64,000 bases of DNA from assembly GCA_904386005.1 (NCBI GenBank), contig CAJFKR010000004.1, forward strand, positions 28,514 through 92,513. The letters are read 5' to 3'. The position numbers were made by a program, and so were the translations under genes. The notes under the pieces are model-generated. The model ran no database searches and had not been told where the DNA came from. It worked only from the letters and a program-made list of their open reading frames with translations. Origin of the DNA: Candidatus Flemingiibacterium merdigallinarum (GTDB lineage Bacteria; Bacillota; Clostridia; Oscillospirales; CAG-272). Below are positions 58,426 through 64,000 of this stretch, one piece after another; within the stretch, counting starts at the first letter, position 1, and every line of letters begins with the position of its first letter.

Positions 58426-59088
58426 TCATTTTGTAATACGGTCAATATCGGCGTTTTCACCGAGCAGCGCGACCGTTTCCTCGCCCGAGAAGGGCTTGGA
58501 CGGGTCGGGGGAGATATCCATGCCGGTGACCGGGTCGTTGACGGCGAGAACGGTAACTCCGAGCTTGCGTCTGACGTCGAGCTCGGCGAGCGATTTGCCA
58601 ATCCAGTTTTCGGGAACCGGAATTTCGACTATCGAATGCCGGTCGGAGAATTCGATATATTCAAGCACATTGTTGCGGTCGAGTATGCCGACCAGCTTTT
58701 CGCCCATGTCGCGCTCGGGGAAGACCACCATGTCAACCCCTAATTTTTCAAGCACGCGGCCGTGCTGGTCGCTGGCAGCGCGGGCTACTATCTGTCCCAC
58801 GCCAAGATCCTTTAGGTTTATTGTGGTCAGCACGCTGTCGGACAGGCGGGACGCTGTGGCGATAACTGCGCAGTCGTATTCGTGAACGCCGGCAGCACGC
58901 AGCACGGCGTCATTGGTGGGGTCGCCCACCACGGCGTTTGTGACGATATCGCTGAGCGCGGTGACCAGATTGTCGTCGGGATCGATTACCAGAACCTGAT
59001 GTCCGGTTCGGGCGAGATTTGTCGCCAGAGTCTGACCGAAGCGGTCAAGACCGATGATAACGAATGAACGTGATTTGCTTTTTTTCAT
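58426..59088 (-). CDS. ktrA: Ktr/Trk potassium uptake RCK subunit
   Basis: IIGLDRFG (GxGRFG variant), VFPERDMG, TrkA_C domain. Confidence 0.88.
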   Translation of the reverse strand: MKKSKSRSFVIIGLDRFGQTLATNLARTGHQVLVIDPDDNLVTALSDIVTNAVVGDPTNDAVLRAAGVHEYDCAVIATASRLSDSVLTTINLKDLGVGQIVARAASDQHGRVLEKLGVDMVVFPERDMGEKLVGILDRNNVLEYIEFSDRHSIVEIPVPENWIGKSLAELDVRRKLGVTVLAVNDPVTGMDISPDPSKPFSGEETVALLGENADIDRITK

Positions 59089-59156
59089 TGTATATAACCT
59101 GACTTTGTATCAAAGTCTGCCTTTCTTAAAAATGAGCCCTGACAATAGAGCCCGGG

Positions 59157-60545
59157 TTAACCGATAAGCAGGTTTGCCTCGGGATATTTTATTGAGCTTT
59201 GCAGCTTGGCTTGCTTTAGCATTATCGAGAAGGTTACCGTCAGAATTCCGACTCTGCCGAAAAACATGAGCAGCATTGTGACAATGTGCGATGCAAGCGA
59301 CAGCTCCGGCGAGAGCGCAAGCGACAGACCGACGGTCGACATTGCCGATATAGTCTCGTAAAGCGCGGGAATAATCGGAACCTTGTCGACAAAACAGATG
59401 ATAAGCGCGCCAATTGTGCCGAAGGAGAGATTTATCGTACAGATTGTCAGCGCGCGGCTTATTGTGTCGGCGGATATACCGCGGTGGAATACCGAAACGT
59501 CCGTGCGTCCGACCGCGTTGCTTTTTGCGGCAAGCAGCAGCACCGCAAACGAGCTTACCTTGATGCCTCCGGCGCATGAGCCCGAGGCTCCGCCGATAAA
59601 CATCAGAACAAGGCAGACTATCTGAGTTGATTCGGTAAGATTATAGTTTAAGATTATGTCGTATCCGGCGGTACGCGTGGTAATCGACTGGAAGAAGCAG
59701 TGGAGCAGCTTATGCCCGAGTGGCATATTGCCGATGGTCTTGTCGTTGTCCCACTCAAAAAAGCCGATGAGCAACGCACCGACAAGTATCAGCGCCGCGG
59801 TCGTGATAATGACAAGCTTTGTATAGACCGAGACGCGCTTTTTTCTCAGTGCGAGGTTGACAAGATCGTCCCAGACAATAAAGCCGATTCCGCCGATTAC
59901 AATGAGCAGCATGATTGTGATTTCGACAACGTAATTTTCACGGAAGCCGGTCATGCTGTCAAGCAGGTCGAAGCCGGCGTTGCAGAACGCCGATATCGAG
60001 TGGAAGGCGCCCATTCCCAGTCCCGACCAGAAGCCGAACTCGGGTATGAACTGCGTTGCGAGTATCAGCGCGCCCGTGCCCTCGATTATCAGAGTTCCGA
60101 TCAGTATCCGCCGTACAAGGCGGATCGCGCCGCCGGTTCCGGTAAGTCCGAGCGACTGTGCGACAACCACGCGTTCGCGAGGTGTTATCTGCCGCCGTAT
60201 GAACATCGACAGCATTACCGCCAGTGTCATAAAGCCAAGACCGCCGATCTGGATAAGCAGAATAATTACTATCTGACCGAACAGACTCCAATAAGCACCG
60301 GTATTCTGCACTATCAGTCCGGTTACGCAGGCGGCGCTGACCGAGGTGAACATCGCGTCTTCAAACGACGTGAATTCGCCCGAGCTTGAGGATATCGGAA
60401 GCGTCAGAAGTATGCCTCCGCAGAAAATCAGAATGATAAAGCCGATAATGATGATTTGCGGCGCGGTCAGCCTGTGCGAAACGTCGCCGCGCAGTCTCAG
60501 CCGCATCGAACGGCGTCTTGCGCGTAATTCATCGTTTATTTGCAT
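59157..60545 (-). CDS. ktrB: Ktr/Trk potassium uptake membrane subunit
   Basis: SAACVTGL, QIGGLG, SAFCNAGF, RTAG, GGIK, TVGLS, GRVG pore motifs. Confidence 0.92.
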   Translation of the reverse strand: MQINDELRARRRSMRLRLRGDVSHRLTAPQIIIIGFIILIFCGGILLTLPISSSSGEFTSFEDAMFTSVSAACVTGLIVQNTGAYWSLFGQIVIILLIQIGGLGFMTLAVMLSMFIRRQITPRERVVVAQSLGLTGTGGAIRLVRRILIGTLIIEGTGALILATQFIPEFGFWSGLGMGAFHSISAFCNAGFDLLDSMTGFRENYVVEITIMLLIVIGGIGFIVWDDLVNLALRKKRVSVYTKLVIITTAALILVGALLIGFFEWDNDKTIGNMPLGHKLLHCFFQSITTRTAGYDIILNYNLTESTQIVCLVLMFIGGASGSCAGGIKVSSFAVLLLAAKSNAVGRTDVSVFHRGISADTISRALTICTINLSFGTIGALIICFVDKVPIIPALYETISAMSTVGLSLALSPELSLASHIVTMLLMFFGRVGILTVTFSIMLKQAKLQSSIKYPEANLLIG

Positions 60546-60604
60546 ATGTAGATGTGTCCTTTTCGTTTATTGACCGACTGGACGCCTGATGATATTTCAA
60601 TTAA

Positions 60605-61399
60605 TCAGTCCGTCAGTCGGAGTGAGGCTATCAGCGGATAATGATCGGACGGATACAGGCCGTCATATGACGAGCGGATAACCTCGAAATCGGATAGTTG
60701 GAAATCCTTGCTGGCAAAAATATAGTCTATGCTGCGCGAGCCCTCGCCGCCGCGGTAAAAATGATAAGTGCCGCCGATTCCCTCCGACAGATTGTAAAGC
60801 CTGACGTTTTCATATCCGCAGCCGTTATCTGCAAGCTCTTTTATTGAGCGCGAATCGGGCTTTGCGTTGAAATCGCCGCAAAGCAGCGTGGGCAGCGGGT
60901 CATGCTCCTGATAGGCGGAAATCTGCCGGCAGATAATGCGAAGCTCTATATAGCGCGCGGCGTCGCTCATAAGGTCAAGGTGTGTGTTGAAAACACGTAT
61001 GCGCCGTCCGTTCTTGGTGATTTCGGCAACTGTGCATATGCGCGGAAATATCCAGGAAAGCGGCGAGCGCGGAGTCACCAGACGGCTTGAGCGGTCGGGG
61101 CGGCGCGTAAGCCAGAAGGTCTTGAGAAGCTTTGCGTTCAGTCCTTCCTTGACCGCGATATCGGCGTGCTCGTCAAAAAGCGCGCCGCCGCGCCCGACCC
61201 CGAAGAGACGCCAGCCGGCAAGATTCGAAACAAAATCCCGCCGCATGGACGGCGTCAGCTCCTGAACCCCGGCAACATCCGCGTCAAGCTCGCGGAACAT
61301 ACGGAAAATCAGCTCGCGCCGATATTTCCAGCGCCGTTCTCCGAACGCTATAAGCGAGCTTTTCAGGTTAAAGGTTGCAACACGCAGATAGGTATCCAT
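60605..61399 (-). CDS. Endonuclease/exonuclease/phosphatase (EEP) family protein
   Basis: TFN, GVQE, NTHLD, GDFN, IDYIF, SDHYP. Confidence 0.9.
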   Translation of the reverse strand: MDTYLRVATFNLKSSLIAFGERRWKYRRELIFRMFRELDADVAGVQELTPSMRRDFVSNLAGWRLFGVGRGGALFDEHADIAVKEGLNAKLLKTFWLTRRPDRSSRLVTPRSPLSWIFPRICTVAEITKNGRRIRVFNTHLDLMSDAARYIELRIICRQISAYQEHDPLPTLLCGDFNAKPDSRSIKELADNGCGYENVRLYNLSEGIGGTYHFYRGGEGSRSIDYIFASKDFQLSDFEVIRSSYDGLYPSDHYPLIASLRLTD

Positions 61400-61449
61400 T
61401 TTTTTGAAATCAGAGCCTTCTTTGATTCGTTACTATAATCAACTATTTT

Positions 61450-61648
61450 ATGCGCGACTAAAAACAACACTGCCGGAAAAAGCGGCAGGTCAGCTATTAC
61501 GGCAAAAATACAGTCGGGATGGATTCAGCGGACTTCGTTCTTCGGTCCGGTACATCCCGAAGCGATTATAACCGTGAGCCGCAGAGCGCAGTCTATTTAC
61601 TTGCCGCCTGCCGGCTCTGCCGGATACTTTGCCTATAGAATCGCACAT
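61450..61648 (-). ncRNA. Candidate ~200-nt rod-like structured RNA (6S-like or leader)
   Basis: Nested complementary segments end to end; G-U pairs favour the minus strand; extended -10 TGGTATAAT at 61663-61655 puts the TSS at about 61648. Confidence 0.6.
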
Positions 61649-61783
61649 ATAATTATTATACCATAAAAAAATTATTATGTATATACTGTATGTAAATTTA
61701 TTATTATATCACCGGTTCCTTGCCGGTAGATTGTGCATGCCGGCTGTCGGATTTATCTGAAAGCGTCAAAACGCGTCGGTTTA

Positions 61784-62272
61784 TTAAAGCGGCTTTTCGT
61801 AATACAGCACCAGCTCGTCGTCCTCTATATCCCAGCGGACCAGCCGCGTATAGCCCCAGTGCAGATAGATCGCGAGATTGCGCGTCTCCTTGGCCTCGAC
61901 GCCGATAGTTATGCGCTCATATCCGAGCGACCTCGCGTGCGCCTCGATCATACGCACAAGCCGCGAGATGTGGTGCTGACCCTCGTATTGCTTGTCGATT
62001 CGCAGCGCGTTGACGTTGGCGACCGAATGCCCGTCGGCGATCTCGGGGCGACCAATCGCCGCGCCGCACTCGGGAGACTGTATAAGCGTGCCCTCTCCGA
62101 CCGGTATCCCGTCGGCGGCGACTATAAATGTAGTCGCCATCTGCTTTTCGTTATAGCCGATGTATATGTCCCGCCAAATCGGCCAGCGCGGGTCGCCGGG
62201 ATTGTCGGCGATATTCTTTTCCCAGATGAGCTTCAGCTCGTTCATGTCTGCGATTTTATAATCAAATTTCAT
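61784..62272 (-). CDS. GNAT-family N-acetyltransferase
   Basis: ALRIDKQYEGQH, IGVE...NLAIYLHWGY; most plausible start MKFDYK at 62272. Confidence 0.82.
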   Translation of the reverse strand: MKFDYKIADMNELKLIWEKNIADNPGDPRWPIWRDIYIGYNEKQMATTFIVAADGIPVGEGTLIQSPECGAAIGRPEIADGHSVANVNALRIDKQYEGQHHISRLVRMIEAHARSLGYERITIGVEAKETRNLAIYLHWGYTRLVRWDIEDDELVLYYEKPL

Positions 62273-62343
62273 ATATGAACACGACTTTGCAAGGGCAAAG
62301 TCTACCTCCCTCATGTTAATGTCACCAAACTCGCAGGCTGTTA

Positions 62344-63189
62344 TCACAGCAGCCGCATCCTTGCCTTGCGGTATTCGAGAGGGGATTTTCCGGTCTGCTG
62401 CCGGAACGCGCTGATGAAATAAGCCGCGGTCGCAAAGCCGCACAGCTCGGCGATTTTCGACACCGGATATTCGGTCGTCGCGAGCAGCTTTTCCGCGTTC
62501 TGCACACGGCAGGCGGTCAGGTAGCGGTGCAGCGTCAGCCCGGTCTGCGCGCGTATCAGCTTGTTGACATAGTATTCATGGTAATTCACGCTGTCCGATA
62601 TGTCGCGGTTGGTTATCGGCTGCGCGTAGTTTTCGCGTATGTAGGCGATTACGCGCTCGACTGTATTCGTCGTGCCGGCGTCGGACAGGGTCTGGCGCGC
62701 GGCGGTGCAGAGTATAGCCTTGAGCCGTGCCGACGCGGCTTCGCGGAAATAGAGCTTGCGCTCGCCGAGCTCGCGGACTATCGACATCAGCTCGTCCTCG
62801 AGATATCGCATATTGTCGAGTATAAGCAGCGGCAGCAGCGACGCGCAGTCTTCAAAGGAATCGGTTTCGAGCAGCCGCTCGGGACTAAAATCCCGCTCGT
62901 GTACAATCGAAAGAGTGTGTGTCTTATCGCGGTTCGACTGCGTGAAGTCAAAATTCAGTAATATTATCTCGGCCTCCGATACGAGCTCGAAGCGGTAGGG
63001 GGTGCCTGACTGCCACATGAGCAGTGTGCCGACCGCGGCGTCGTGGACGGTGTCGCCATAATACAGCCGCAGCTCGCCGCGCCGGACATACAGCAGTCGG
63101 TGGTCGTATGAATATACCCGGAACGGCACCGGGTCGAGTATGAGATTTTCAGCAAAGCGTATGTGAGGGTTTATGTCGGATAGCTTCAT
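62344..63189 (-). CDS. AraC-family transcriptional regulator
   Basis: Cupin-like N-terminus; IAELCGFATAAYFISAFRQQTGKSPLEYR. Confidence 0.92.
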   Translation of the reverse strand: MKLSDINPHIRFAENLILDPVPFRVYSYDHRLLYVRRGELRLYYGDTVHDAAVGTLLMWQSGTPYRFELVSEAEIILLNFDFTQSNRDKTHTLSIVHERDFSPERLLETDSFEDCASLLPLLILDNMRYLEDELMSIVRELGERKLYFREAASARLKAILCTAARQTLSDAGTTNTVERVIAYIRENYAQPITNRDISDSVNYHEYYVNKLIRAQTGLTLHRYLTACRVQNAEKLLATTEYPVSKIAELCGFATAAYFISAFRQQTGKSPLEYRKARMRLL

Positions 63190-63382
63190 TGGCTTTCACT
63201 CGTGGATATGATTTCGAAAGAGTTTGTTTTTTCGATATTTGATGTTGGTTTTTATACTTCCATTATAGCATATTCTGTGATATAATACAAGAAAAATCGA
63301 AAATTTTACAAAGAATCCTGTTTTGAATTTATACGGGATACGGACGGCGGAGAGCGAGACCGTCACGGAAGGAAAGGAATAA

Positions 63383-64000
63383 ATGATAAGGTTTTCTGTG
63401 GGCTATCCCACAAACGGAAGCCGCGCGTTTATCGACAAAATAATCGAGCGGCGCGAATACATAAACGAGGTCTATTTCGCCGCGCTCGGAGTCGCGAGCG
63501 GGCGCAGCTCGGTCTCGCCTGATACAGACGAGCTGCCGTGGGAGAGCGCCGAGCGGCTGCACTCTGACCTTGCGCGGCTGCGTGACAATAAAATCAAGCT
63601 GAATCTGCTGCTCAACGGCAACTGCTACGGCGAGGACTCGCTGTCACGTCAGTTTTTCCTCAAGCTCGGAGATATCGTCGACTGCTATCTGAACCGGTAC
63701 GGGCTGTCGTCGGTCACGACCGCGTCGCCGGTGATAGCGCGGTTTATACACGACAACTTCGCCGCGCTCGAGGTGCGCGCTTCGGTCAATCTTGGAATTG
63801 GCGACATCCGCGCGATGGAGTTTTCGACCACTATTTACGACGGATACTACGCCGCGCGCGAGCTGAACCGCGACCTCGCGACCCTGCGCAGAATGAGCGA
63901 GTGGTGCCGCTCACACGGCAAGCGGCTGTATATGCTCGCGAACAGCGGCTGTATCAACAATTGTCCGGTCAGAACCTTTCACGACAACCTCGTCGCGCAC
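63383..64000 (+). CDS. Peptidase U32-like (Fe-S) protein, truncated at the window end; absent from the ORF track
   Basis: Manual translation MIRFSVGY...EVYF...NLLLNGNC...RASVN...RELNRD...LANSGCINNCP...H; SD GGAAAGGA. Confidence 0.75.
   Translation, partial: MIRFSVGYPTNGSRAFIDKIIERREYINEVYFAALGVASGRSSVSPDTDELPWESAERLHSDLARLRDNKIKLNLLLNGNCYGEDSLSRQFFLKLGDIVDCYLNRYGLSSVTTASPVIARFIHDNFAALEVRASVNLGIGDIRAMEFSTTIYDGYYAARELNRDLATLRRMSEWCRSHGKRLYMLANSGCINNCPVRTFHDNLVAH

Noticed and set aside
61450-61648. Canonical c-di-AMP (ydaO) riboswitch or SRP RNA
   Set aside because: Only scattered sub-motifs are present. The ordered ydaO core (GGGGGACC...GGGGUGAAU...CCGUCAGCUAACC) and the SRP GGAA/AGCAG loop are absent. 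Kept as an unknown RNA.
1-64000. Mobile elements, prophage, defence systems, tRNA or rRNA
   Set aside because: I saw no transposase, integrase, RT, phage structural, cas or restriction-modification motifs, and no tRNA cloverleaf or rRNA signature.

Overview
A 64-kb chromosomal segment from a fairly high-GC, spore-forming Clostridia-class firmicute (Oscillospirales-like by gene content; this is inference). Housekeeping and sporulation genes: agmatinase-CASDH-nspC polyamine operon (CASDH is frameshifted), Fe-ADH with a Rex box, ygiQ, ireB-ribF-dac, T-box-pheS-(uridine kinase)-pheT, rpsU, ftsH, a split sleC, spoIIR, ynbB, murD and ktrBA. These are interleaved with carbohydrate-catabolism islets (solute-binding lipoproteins, AraC regulators, GH5-like, GH36, GH16, heparinase II/III, Gfo/Idh/MocA, TIM-barrel isomerases, URO-D-like), a BlaI/M56 sensor pair and two LRR_5 proteins. 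I saw no rRNA, tRNA, CRISPR array, transposase or integrase. The most unusual signals are mainly non-coding. (1) A conserved, covarying hairpin GACTTYG(C)-N3/4-(G)CRAAGTC sits between the Shine-Dalgarno and the start codon of four unrelated genes. (2) A ~200-nt rod-like RNA with its own promoter lies upstream of EEP-ktrB-ktrA. (3) Tandem duplications repeatedly start at TGA stop codons. (4) A hairpin sequesters the spoIIR RBS. (5) The SleC pro-domain is encoded as a separate gene.
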